From: an uncultured delta proteobacterium
Lineage (GTDB): Bacteria; Myxococcota_A; Polyangia; Fen-1088
Assembly (NCBI GenBank): GCA_963767925.1
Contig: CAVYGB010000008.1
Span: forward strand, 2,304,001 to 2,368,000
DNA: 64,000 bases
Direction: 5' to 3'
Position numbers and translations under genes: made by a program. How positions within the stretch are numbered: the stretch's first letter is position 1; each line of letters starts with the position of its first letter. The notes under the pieces are model-generated. The model was given only the letters and a program-made list of their open reading frames with translations, was not told where the DNA came from and ran no database searches. Positions 55,074-64,000 of the stretch are shown here, one piece after another.

Positions 55074-55877
55074 TCAGGTCCCCGCACGGGCGGGCAGGAC
55101 CACGCTGGCGGCGGCGGGGCGGGCGGCCGTCCGGGGGGAAAAGGCGAAGACCACCCAGGGCACCAGCAGGCACAGCCCCATCCAGACCAGGCTGAGCTGG
55201 AGCTGGCTGGCCTCGCCCACCAGGACGACCTTGATGGCGCCCTGGACCACCCAGTGCACGAGGGCGGCGCCCCAGATGGTGTTACCGCCCAGCTCGTAGA
55301 GGCGGGCCAGGGGAAAGGTGATGACGAGCGAGGTGATCACCGCCGCGGCCGCCACCGCCAGGTCCATGCGGGCAAACAGCACCAGGTGCACGGCGAGAAA
55401 CGGGAGCATGCCCAGGAGCGCCGCCTGCCAGAAGGTCCGCCCCTCGCGCAGGCGCCCGAACAGGTAGCCACGAAAGAGCACCTCCTCCGCCACCCCCGCC
55501 TGGGCGAACAGGCCGGGCAGCAGCAGGAGCCAGCCCGGCCGCAGGGCCAGGCGCGTCCCGGTGGCCCAGGCGAAGGCCGGGAAACAGGCCAGCATCAGCA
55601 GCGAGACCACCCCCGCAGCCAGCCAGCCGGCCGCCCGGGGCCGCCCCAGGCCCACCCGCCCGGGGGCCGCTGCCAGCGGCGGACCAAACAGGAGCCACTG
55701 GGCCAGAAGCACCGCCGCCACCACCACCACGCCGACCAGCAGGCCGGCCTCGCCGAGCTGGCTGTTGGTGGCGAGGGCGAGCCGGTCGAAGAGGATCCAG
55801 ATCAGGGCGACGCTGACCATCAACCGGGCCAGGCGCCAGGGCCCCGTCGTGGCCCCCACCTCTGCGCTTGCGTCCAT
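55074..55877 (-). CDS. CPBP/CAAX-family intramembrane metalloprotease
   Basis: EEVLFRG, F...H, and C-terminal VH; multi-TM. Confidence 0.85.
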   Translation of the reverse strand: MDASAEVGATTGPWRLARLMVSVALIWILFDRLALATNSQLGEAGLLVGVVVVAAVLLAQWLLFGPPLAAAPGRVGLGRPRAAGWLAAGVVSLLMLACFPAFAWATGTRLALRPGWLLLLPGLFAQAGVAEEVLFRGYLFGRLREGRTFWQAALLGMLPFLAVHLVLFARMDLAVAAAAVITSLVITFPLARLYELGGNTIWGAALVHWVVQGAIKVVLVGEASQLQLSLVWMGLCLLVPWVVFAFSPRTAARPAAASVVLPARAGT

Positions 55878-55987
55878 GGCGGCAGTCAACCCCAGACGGG
55901 GGCACGGCGCAATGCCGGCAGGCCCCCGACGGGGCAGGTCGGTCGGGCTCGGGCAGGGGTTTCAGGGAAGGGGCTCAGGGAACGGGC

Positions 55988-56611
55988 TCAGGGAACGATC
56001 TTCGGGTCGGCGCCGGCGGCCGAGCTGGCCGCGGGGGCGCAGACGTCCTCGCTGCAGGTGCGCGAGCAGCACTCGCTGGCGATCCGGCAGGCCGAGCCGG
56101 TCGGGGTGCAGGCTCCCTCCTCGGTGAAGGAGATGTCGACCTTGGCCCGGCCGTTGCGGACCATGACGAGGTCGACGTTGCTGAGCCGTCCCAGCACGAC
56201 CGAGGTCTCGACAGGCTGGCTGGCCCAGGCGGCGATGGTGCTCTTGCTGACCGAGGTGCAGGCCGCGGTGAAGGCCTCGCCGAGGAAGGTGACCGTCCCG
56301 AGCGGAAGGCCCGAGAGGTTCTGGGTGAGGCTGGTGCTGCCCGAGGTCTCGAGCTCGCGCTCGACGGTGCGGCCCGGGCCGGCGGCGCTGACCCGGATGC
56401 AGCGGACGTCCGAGGGCACCACCGCGATGCGGAGCACGACCTGTTCGACCCCGTCGTCCTCGGGCAAGGGCTCCAGGCCGTAAAGGCCACATGCGCCGGC
56501 GCCGGCGGCGAGGCCGGCGAAGGCCAGCGCGGAGAGCGCACGGCAGAGGTGACGAGAGAGATTGGAGGAAAGATGAGAAGAGAGAGGAGAAGACAGATGA
56601 GCTGGGTACAT
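55988..56611 (-). CDS. Lipoprotein with Ig-like domain and C-terminal knottin-like Cys module
   Basis: GGAGG RBS; lipobox AGAC; CTPTGSACRIASECCSRTCSEDVC. Confidence 0.7.
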   Translation of the reverse strand: MYPAHLSSPLSSHLSSNLSRHLCRALSALAFAGLAAGAGACGLYGLEPLPEDDGVEQVVLRIAVVPSDVRCIRVSAAGPGRTVERELETSGSTSLTQNLSGLPLGTVTFLGEAFTAACTSVSKSTIAAWASQPVETSVVLGRLSNVDLVMVRNGRAKVDISFTEEGACTPTGSACRIASECCSRTCSEDVCAPAASSAAGADPKIVP

Positions 56612-56826
56612 GAACGACCTCCTTTGCAAACCGCGGGCTCGGGCACCCGCGCAGGAAAGAGGTGTCGGCGCGCGGGCTTCCCGTTTGCCGGCGTCCGGAG
56701 CCTGGCCGCCCCGGTCCAGCGCCCGGACAGCCCGCCCGCGATCAGGACGCCGCAGCCCCCCCGTCATCGAGGGGCGGGGCGGACCGTTGCAGAAAGGACC
56801 GGGTCCCTCGCTGCGCGCGGGTCCAG

Positions 56827-58205
56827 CTAGCGCAGGCGGCGGCGGAGGTAGTTGAGGACGTCGATGCGGGTGATGAGGCCCAGGAACCGCTCGCCATCGA
56901 CGACGATGGCCACCATCCCCTGATCGAAGATCGGCAGCAGCGAAGCCACCGGCGCCGACGGGGACACCGTCGTCAGGCGGCTGGTCATGAAGTCGCGGAC
57001 CGGGCGGCGGAAGGCCTCGGGCGCGCGCGAGGCGGCCAGCAACAGGTCGGACTCGTCGAGCATGCCCACGATCTGGTCGTTCTCCAGCACGGGCAGCTGG
57101 GACACGTCGTAGAGCTTCATGCGACCGTGGGCCACCAGCAGATTGTCGTCGGTCGACACCGCCACCACCGAGTGGCGCTCGTGGCTGCGGGCGATGAGGT
57201 CGCGCAGGTCGCCAGTCTCGGGGCCGCGCAGCAGGCCCTGGTCGCGCATCCAGAAGTCGTTGAACATCTTCGACAGGTACTTGTTGCCGCTGTCGCAGAT
57301 GAAGGTGACCACCCGCTTGGGGGTCTTCTGCTCGCGGCAGTAGCGCAGGGCCGCCGCCACCAGCGTGCCCGAGGAGGAGCCGGCCAGGATGCCCTCCTGG
57401 CGGAGCAGGGCGCGCGCGGTGGTCAGGCTCTCCTCGTCGGTGATGGTGTAGGCCTGGCGCACCCGGGAGAGATCGGCGATGGAGGGCATGAAGTCCTCGC
57501 CGATGCCCTCGACCAGCCAGGAGCCGGCCTCGCCGATCTGCCCGCGTCTTCACGTAGTCGGCGAGGACCGAGCCGGCCGGGTCGGCCAGCACCATCTCGA
57601 CCTGCGGGCGCCACCCGGGCGAAGTAGCGCGACAGGCCGGTGATGGTGCCGCCCGAGCCGACGCCGCACACGACGGCGTCGAGGCGGCCGTCCATCTGCT
57701 TCCAGATCTCGGGCGCGGTCGTGCTCTCGTGGGCGGCGGGTTGGCCGGGTTGCCGAACTGGTTGATGTAGTAGCCGCCGACCTCGCGGGCCAGCCGCTCG
57801 GCCATGTCCTGGTAGTAGTCGGGGTGGCCCTTGGCCACGTCGGAGCGGGTCATCCGCACGTCGGCGCCCAGCGCGCGCAGGTGAAAGATCTTCTCCTGGC
57901 TCATCTTGTCGGGGATGACGAGCACGCAGCGGTAGCCCTTGCGGGCCGCCACCAGGGCCAGCCCCAGGCCGGTGTTGCCGGCGGTGGCCTCGACCAGGGT
58001 GGCGCCCGGACCGATGTGCGCCCGCGCGCTCGGCCGCCTCGATCATGGCCAGGCCGATGCGGTCTTTGATCGAGCCGCCCGGGTTCTGGCTCTCGAGCTT
58101 GACGTACAGCTCGCAGGGCCCGGTGTCGAAGGACTCCAGGCGGCAGAGCGGCGTGTTGCCGATCAGCGGGAGGATGCCCGAGACCGGAGGGGCCGCGGCG
58201 CTCAT
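56827..58205 (-). CDS. Cystathionine beta-synthase with CBS domains (indels)
   Basis: IGNTPL, KLESQNPGGSIKDR, TAGNTG, GSGGT, DSGNKYLSK; C-terminal CBS pair. Confidence 0.88.
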
Positions 58206-59395
58206 CGGCCCCGCGCGGCCCGCAGCCCGCCCTCCAGATCACCCCAGAGATCTTCCACGTGCTCGAGCCCCACCGACAGGCGCACCAGCGAATCGCTGAT
58301 GCCCAGTCCCCGGCGGATCTCGGCCGGGATCGAGGCGTGGGTCATGATGGCGGGGTGCTCGGCGAGCGACTCGACGCCGCCCAGGCTCTCGGCCAGGGTG
58401 AACAGCTTGAGGGTCTTGAGGAACCGGCGCGACTCGTCCAGCCCGCCCTCCAGCTCCAGGCTGATCATGCCGCCGGGGCCGCTCATCTGCTTGCGGGCCA
58501 GGGCCGTGCTGCGGGTGGCTGGCCAGCCCGGGGTAGTGGACCCGCTTGACGCCGGGAGCGGCCTCCAGCCGGCGGGCCAGCTCGCTGGCGCTCTCGACGT
58601 GGCGTTGCATGCGCAGGGGCAAGGTCTTGAGGCCGCGCAGCACCAGGTAGCAGTCCATCGGACCGGGGACCGCGCCGATGGCGTTCTGCAGGAAGGCCAG
58701 GCGCTTGCCCAGCTCCCGGTCGCTGGTGACGATGGCGCCCCCCGACCACGTCGGAGTGACCGTTTATGTATTTGGTTGTCGAGTGCAGGACCGCGGTCGG
58801 CCCCCAGGGCTAGCGGCCGCTGCAGCACCGGCGAGGCGAAGGTGTTGTCGACGACCACCGGGATGCCGCGCGCCCGGCCCAGCGCCGATACGGCCGCGAT
58901 GTCGACGAGCTTCAGCATCGGGTTGGTCGGGGTCTCGAGCCAGATCATGCGCGTATTCGGCCGCAGCCCGCCGCCTCGACGTTGTCCGCCGATGCGCATG
59001 TCGACGAAGGTGACCTCGATGCCCAGCGGCCGGATCACCGAGTTGAACAGGCGGTAGGTCCCGCCGTAGACGTCGTCGCCGCACAAGACGTGGTCGCCCG
59101 GGCGCAGGGTGTTGAGCATGGTGGCGGCCGCGCCGCAGCCGCTGCCGAAGGCGAAGCCGAGCTCTCCGCCCTCGAGCGCGGCCAGCGCCGCCTCCAGCGC
59201 CGCCCGGGTTGGGTTGCCGCTGCGCGAATAGTCGTAGCGCAGCGGCTTGCCCGGCTCGGGCTGGGCGAAGGTGCTGGACAGCACGATCGGTTGCATCACC
59301 GCACCATGGATCGGGTCCGGGTGCTGGCCGCCGTGGATGGCGACGGTCTCGATGCGGGGAGCGGTCGCCGCCTCCCGGCCCTCCGTGTCGCTCAT
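58202..59395 (-). CDS. Cystathionine gamma-lyase/synthase (indels)
   Basis: YSRSGNPTR, ETPTNP, DNTFA, STTKYINGHSD (shifted frame), AESLGGVESL, RLSVGLE. Confidence 0.9.
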   Translation of the reverse strand: MSDTEGREAATAPRIETVAIHGGQHPDPIHGAVMQPIVLSSTFAQPEPGKPLRYDYSRSGNPTRAALEAALAALEGGELGFAFGSGCGAAATMLNTLRPGDHVLCGDDVYGGTYRLFNSVIRPLGIEVTFVDMRIGGQRRGGGLRPNTRMIWLETPTNPMLKLVDIAAVSALGRARGIPVVVDNTFASPVLQRPLALGADRGPALDNQIHKRSLRRGRGAPSSPATGSWASAWPSCRTPSARSPVRWTATWCCAASRPCPCACNATSRAPASWPAGWRPLPASSGSTTPGWPATRSTALARKQMSGPGGMISLELEGGLDESRRFLKTLKLFTLAESLGGVESLAEHPAIMTHASIPAEIRRGLGISDSLVRLSVGLEHVEDLWGDLEGGLRAARGR

Positions 59396-59503
59396 ACCGT
59401 CGAGGATAGCCGATCGCGGTGGCCTCGGCCCACCGCGCCCGATCAGAGCCCTTGCCCACCTGAGCGCCCATTGTTAGCGTGCTTACCGAGCTCGACGCCG
59501 GTA

Positions 59504-60781
59504 ATGCGGAGAGCCCCCGACCGCATGCGCACGCGCGACCACAACGGCGCCCTGCCCCTCGGAACGATCCTGGGCGACGCCTACCGACTCGTGCGCCGCC
59601 TGGCCGACGGCGGGATGGGCACCGTCTACGAGGCCGAGCAGCTTCGCCTGCGCCGGCGGTTCGCGGTCAAGGTCATGGCCCGCGAGCTGGCGACAAACCG
59701 GGAGGCGCTGACCCGGTTTCACCGGGAGGCGGAGATCCTGGCCCAGCTCGCCCACCCCCACATCGTCCAGATCGCCGACTTCGGCACCGCCCCCGCCGGC
59801 CAGCCCTACCTGGTGATGGAGTACCTCGACGGCGAGGACCTCGAGCGCCGCCTGCGACGGACCGGCCGGCTGCCGCTGGCCGAGGTCGTCCACATCGTGC
59901 GGCAGATCGGGTCGGCGCTGGCCGCCACCCACGGGCGGGGCATCGTTCACCGCGACCTCAAGCCGGCCAACGTTTTCCTGCTCGACATCGAAGGGGAGCC
60001 CGACTTCGTCAAAGTGGTGGACTTCGGCATCTCCAAGCAGAAGAACGCCGACATCAAGCTGACCCGCACCTCGTCGCTGATGGGCACCCCGCACTACATG
60101 GCGCCCGAGCAGGTCAGCGGGAACCTCGACGCCGTCGATCACCGCACCGACCAGTGGGCCCTGGCCTGCATCGCCTGGGAGATGCTGAGCGGCCACCCGC
60201 CGTTCGACGGCAAGGAGATCACCGCGCTCTTTTACAACGTCGTGCACGCCCCGCCCGGACCGCTGGCCGGCCGGGTGAACGGCCTGCCTCCCGACGTCGA
60301 GGCGGTGCTCCGGCGGGCGCTGTCCAAGCGCCCCGCCGACCGCTTCGCCAGCGTCACCGCCTGCAGCCGGGCCTTCGAAGCCGCGGCCACCCCGGGTGGC
60401 CGCTCCAGCCGGATCCTGGGCGATCCGCTGCCCGCCGGTGGTCCGGCCTGGGCCCCCCGCCTGGCCGACCGGTTCGTCGTCCTCGCCCGCACCCTCGTCG
60501 GCGCGCGGGCGATGGAGCCGCCTCCTCCGCCCCCGCCGGCCCCTCCCCCCAACCCGGGTCCGCTGGGCCGGTTCACCGCCTTCTTCCAGCGGGCCGAAGT
60601 CGTCACGCCCTCCCCGCGCGAGGAGGTCCGCCGGCCCCGGCGCCGGCGCCGCTGGCCGCTGCTGGCCGCCCTGTCGCTTCTGGCGGGGACGGCCTGGCTG
60701 CTCGGGCCACAGGCGCCGCCCCGCTGGCCGCTCGCCGCCTGGGTCCCCTACCTCGCGCCGGCGCCCCTCTCCTCACGCTGA
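59504..60781 (+). CDS. Ser/Thr protein kinase with C-terminal TM
   Basis: GGMGTVY, AVK, HRDLKPAN, DFG, GTPHYMAPE. Confidence 0.92.
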   Translation: MRRAPDRMRTRDHNGALPLGTILGDAYRLVRRLADGGMGTVYEAEQLRLRRRFAVKVMARELATNREALTRFHREAEILAQLAHPHIVQIADFGTAPAGQPYLVMEYLDGEDLERRLRRTGRLPLAEVVHIVRQIGSALAATHGRGIVHRDLKPANVFLLDIEGEPDFVKVVDFGISKQKNADIKLTRTSSLMGTPHYMAPEQVSGNLDAVDHRTDQWALACIAWEMLSGHPPFDGKEITALFYNVVHAPPGPLAGRVNGLPPDVEAVLRRALSKRPADRFASVTACSRAFEAAATPGGRSSRILGDPLPAGGPAWAPRLADRFVVLARTLVGARAMEPPPPPPPAPPPNPGPLGRFTAFFQRAEVVTPSPREEVRRPRRRRRWPLLAALSLLAGTAWLLGPQAPPRWPLAAWVPYLAPAPLSSR

Positions 60782-61605
60782 GGACGCCGGCTGCGAGGCC
60801 GGCGGGCCGGCTCCTCGTCCCCGGTCAGCGCGGGAAACAGGACGCGGGCCAGGCGATCGAGCAAGGGCGAGCCAGGAAGCCGGCCACGCCCGCCAGGACG
60901 AACAGCCCGAGCTCGGTGCGCAGCGCCCAGGGCGCCACCGTCGCCTGACCGGGGAGCAGCAGCACGACGAAGGGTCACCAGCAGCCCGACCAGGGTGCCC
61001 TCGATGGCCCGGCGGCGCAGGCGCCGGAGGCGAGCCGGCCGCAAGCCGGAGGCCAGGCCGCCCAGCAGCCCGCCGGACACGGCGGGGTCCCGCACAGCTC
61101 GGTCAGATAGCCCGGCAGGCCGTCGAGCGAGAGGATCTTGGCCCCCTTTGTCGCGGCGATGGCCGCGTTCGGCATCTGGGCGCTCTCCGCGGTCCGGGGA
61201 TCCTCCACGACGACCAGGCCCCCCCGCCGCTTGATGCGCGCGCAGCCGCTGGCGCCGTCGCCGTTGAGGCCGGTCAAGATCAACCCGAGCACCCGGGGCC
61301 CGAAGGCGTCGGCGACCGATTCGAACAGCACGTCGACCGAAGGCCGGGCGTGATTCACCGGGCCTCGGTCGACAGGGCCAGGGTGGGCCCCTCCACCAGC
61401 AGGTGGTAGTCGGCGGGCGCCAGGCGAAGGGGTAGGTCCGCAGGAGCGGCAGGATCTTCTGGCGAAAGGCCAGTTTCTCGAGGATGTCGATCCCGTCCTT
61501 GCCGTCCTCGGCGTACAGCACCGTGATGCCGTGGCGTTCGAGCACGGTGGTGAGGGCCTAGATGTTGCGGACGTCGTCGTCGATGACGAGGACCCGGCGC
61601 CCCCG
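60780..61605 (-). pseudogene. Fused fragments of a receiver domain, CheR, CheB and a membrane protein
   Basis: RVLVIDDDVRNI*ALTTVLE / LAFRQKILPLLRTYPF / APADYHLLVE...RPSVDVLF...LTG.NGDG / GGLLGGLA...TM. Confidence 0.7.
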
Positions 61606-61652
61606 CGGGAGGGAGACGAGGCGAGCGCGCGCGGCGCGAGCTGGCCCGAGCG

Positions 61653-64000
61653 TCACACGTATAAAAGCACGGCTCGGGCCGGGCGCGCGGTGGCCTCGGA
61701 GATCGCCCGGGCGTACAGGCGCGCTTGCTCCTCGTAGGTCGAGTTGTCCCGGGCCACGCCGAGGTCGGTCTTGAAATCGACGATGGTCCAGGTGTCCCCG
61801 CGGGCGTCCCCCGACTCCTCGGTGAAGGCGAGGTCGACGACGCCGTCGAGGACGGTGCCGTCGGGCAGGCGCAGGGACAGCGGCAGCTCGCGGCGGCAGC
61901 GACCGGCGGCCTGGGCGACGGCGGCCCGGCGCAGGAGGGGGTGGCGGAGAGCCTCGGCCACCGTGAGCCCGGCCGCCTCCACCTCGGGCGGGCTGCACCC
62001 CAGGTAACGTCCCTGGACGGTCGCCGCGGCCTGGATGACCAGGGCGCTAGCGTCGAGCGGGATCTCGGCGAGCACGGCGTGCACGAGGGTGCCGAACCGG
62101 CGGCCATGAGGGCGGGCGGTGCGGCCGGCGGGCACCCGCTCGACGAGGACCGGGTCGGGCGAGGGTTCGTTCGACTGGTCGCGGGTGTGCTCGGTGACGG
62201 TGCGGGCGACGAGGGTGGGGACGGCGCCCCGCCGGCCGACGTCCCGCCGGCGCTGCTGCCACTCGGCGTGGGCCCGGATGCTGGCGTCGCTGTTGCCACC
62301 GGCGGCGTCGTCCTTGAGGATCTCCTGCTGGCGCAGTCCCACCTGGTCCTCCTTGCCGAGGTCGAGGACGTTGGGGTCCCACCACACCACCTTGTGCCCG
62401 CCCAGCTCGGGCCCGTGCTGGCCAGGCGCCACCGCCTCGTGCAAGGCGCGAGGTCCCCGGGCGGGGCGGGCCACCAGGCTGTCGGAGCCGAAGGCCGGGC
62501 AGAGCGGCGCCGGCTGGCCCTGGCGCTGCCGGTCGCGCGGCGGGTAGAGGGCGGGGTGCAGGACGTCGACCCAGCCGGGCAGGCGCTGGTCGCCCACCAC
62601 GGGCACCACGAGGAGATCGCGCGCCCGGGTGGCCGCGACGTAGGTGAGGCGGACCGACTCGGCCGCGTCGCGCTCGAGCACCTCGGCCTCCCGCTCGCGC
62701 AGCTCGGTCGGGATGCAGCCGGCCAGGGGGACCAGGCACTGGCCCCGCTCGGCCTCGATGTGACGGGTGGGTCGGCCGGTGTGGGAGACGGTTGGATCGG
62801 CGAGGACCACAACCGGGAACTCCAGGCCCTTGGCCTTGTGCACGGTCATGATGCGCACCCCCTCCGACCCGTCCTCGAGCACCGGGGCGTCGGCGGCCTC
62901 GTTGCGCTCGGCCTGGTCGCGCAGGCGCTCGACGAAGCCCCGGAACGAGCTGGCCCCGGCGGCCTCGAAGCGCCGGGCCAGCTCCACCACCCGCAGGACA
63001 TTGGCCAGGGCCTGCTCGCCGTTGGGCCAGATGGCGATGCCGGCGTGGGCCCGGGTGGCCTCCAGCAGCTGCAGGATGGTGTCGGCGATGGGGACCCGGT
63101 TGCGACCGCGGTGCAGCCGGGCCAGCAGGGTCAGGGCGCTGGCCACCTCGCTCGTCTCGGGGCGATCGCGGGCCTCGGCCAGCACCGGCGTGAAGGGGTG
63201 CAAGCCGCCCAGGGTGTGCCGCCAGACCAGGAGCTGGGCGTCCGAGAGGCAGAACAGCGGCCCCCGCAAGGTGGCGTAGATCGAGAACTCGTCCTCCGGC
63301 CACTCGAGGGCGCAGAGGGCGTTGCGCATGGCCTCCACCTCCTCGCGCTCGCCGTAGCCCCGCCCCCCCACGAGGACGTGGGGCAGGCGCCGGGCCTCGA
63401 GCGCCCGCACCACATGGCGGGTGGTGTCGGCCCCGAAGCTCTGCAGGCGGCGAAACAGCAGACAGACGTGCCGGGCCTCGACCGGCACGAGGCCGGCCTG
63501 CGCGTCGAGCACCTTCCAGCCGCTCTGCCCGACCAGCCACTCGATGAAGGCGGCGATGGCGTCGGCGCCCGACCGTTCGATCTCCGTGTTGCTGGCCAGG
63601 TCGCCCCACTCGTTCTTGTAGGGCGCGGGGACCGGCAGGGCCACCAGGGCGGGCTGCTGGGCGATGGGCGGACGGACGGCGTCCAGCGGGGCGTAGTCGG
63701 CCTGGATGCGCCCCGGCCCCCCGCGCATCGCCGCGGCGAAGGCGCCGTTGACCGCCTCGGTGAGCGGGGGGACGCTGCGGAAGTTGGCCGAGAGATGGAC
63801 CACCTCGGCCCCGGCGGCGCACAGGCGATCGACGATGCCCTGGTACAGGGCGAGATCGGCGTGGCGGAAGCGGTAGATCGACTGCTTGGGGTCGCCCACG
63901 ACGAACAACTTGCCGGGCGCGGGCCGGACCCGGGTCCAGTCGCGCTCGTCGGGATCGCCGGCCGCCAGCAGGAGGAGGATCTCCGCCTGGAGGGGATCGG
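61653..64000 (-). CDS. addA: AddA-type UvrD helicase-nuclease (5' partial)
   Basis: VGDPKQSIYRFR, NFRS, MTVHKAKGLEF, YVAATRAR; C-terminal G.VD...IVDFKT nuclease. Confidence 0.88.
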   Translation of the reverse strand, partial: DPLQAEILLLLAAGDPDERDWTRVRPAPGKLFVVGDPKQSIYRFRHADLALYQGIVDRLCAAGAEVVHLSANFRSVPPLTEAVNGAFAAAMRGGPGRIQADYAPLDAVRPPIAQQPALVALPVPAPYKNEWGDLASNTEIERSGADAIAAFIEWLVGQSGWKVLDAQAGLVPVEARHVCLLFRRLQSFGADTTRHVVRALEARRLPHVLVGGRGYGEREEVEAMRNALCALEWPEDEFSIYATLRGPLFCLSDAQLLVWRHTLGGLHPFTPVLAEARDRPETSEVASALTLLARLHRGRNRVPIADTILQLLEATRAHAGIAIWPNGEQALANVLRVVELARRFEAAGASSFRGFVERLRDQAERNEAADAPVLEDGSEGVRIMTVHKAKGLEFPVVVLADPTVSHTGRPTRHIEAERGQCLVPLAGCIPTELREREAEVLERDAAESVRLTYVAATRARDLLVVPVVGDQRLPGWVDVLHPALYPPRDRQRQGQPAPLCPAFGSDSLVARPARGPRALHEAVAPGQHGPELGGHKVVWWDPNVLDLGKEDQVGLRQQEILKDDAAGGNSDASIRAHAEWQQRRRDVGRRGAVPTLVARTVTEHTRDQSNEPSPDPVLVERVPAGRTARPHGRRFGTLVHAVLAEIPLDASALVIQAAATVQGRYLGCSPPEVEAAGLTVAEALRHPLLRRAAVAQAAGRCRRELPLSLRLPDGTVLDGVVDLAFTEESGDARGDTWTIVDFKTDLGVARDNSTYEEQARLYARAISEATARPARAVLLYV

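Noticed and set aside
61558..61560. In-frame TAG as possible recoding
   Set aside because: It lies in a truncated fragment with no start; decay or error is simpler

Overview
High-GC DNA from a myxobacterium (Myxococcota). The taxon is inferred from romR next to valS, GltJ/AgmX-like and CglB-like proteins, a DUF1592/DUF1552 pair and many Pro/Cys-rich lipoproteins. About 50 CDS. No rRNA, tRNA, CRISPR, IS or prophage was recognised. Housekeeping blocks: hisZ-purA, serA/serC, ABC-F, parAB, valS-romR, rnhA, cystathionine beta-synthase/gamma-lyase, addA. Many conserved genes carry 1-bp indels that look like assembly errors. Best candidates for new biology: (1) a MoxR/RavA AAA+ operon (two uncharacterised proteins resembling 'FtsH ternary' conflict-system components, a vWA lipoprotein, MoxR, and a translationally coupled DNA methyltransferase) back-to-back with an FHA protein/Ser-Thr kinase unit; (2) an MNIO (DUF692/DUF2063) RiPP cluster with an atypical secreted 2-Cys precursor, followed by GGCT and a ferredoxin; (3) a pair of lipoprotein cytochromes c, one with CX3CH/CX4CH motifs; (4) a collapsed four-gene chimera (REC/CheR/CheB/membrane fragments); (5) a window-wide leaderless and bidirectional promoter signature. 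Family assignments come from motif recognition by eye; no database search was run.
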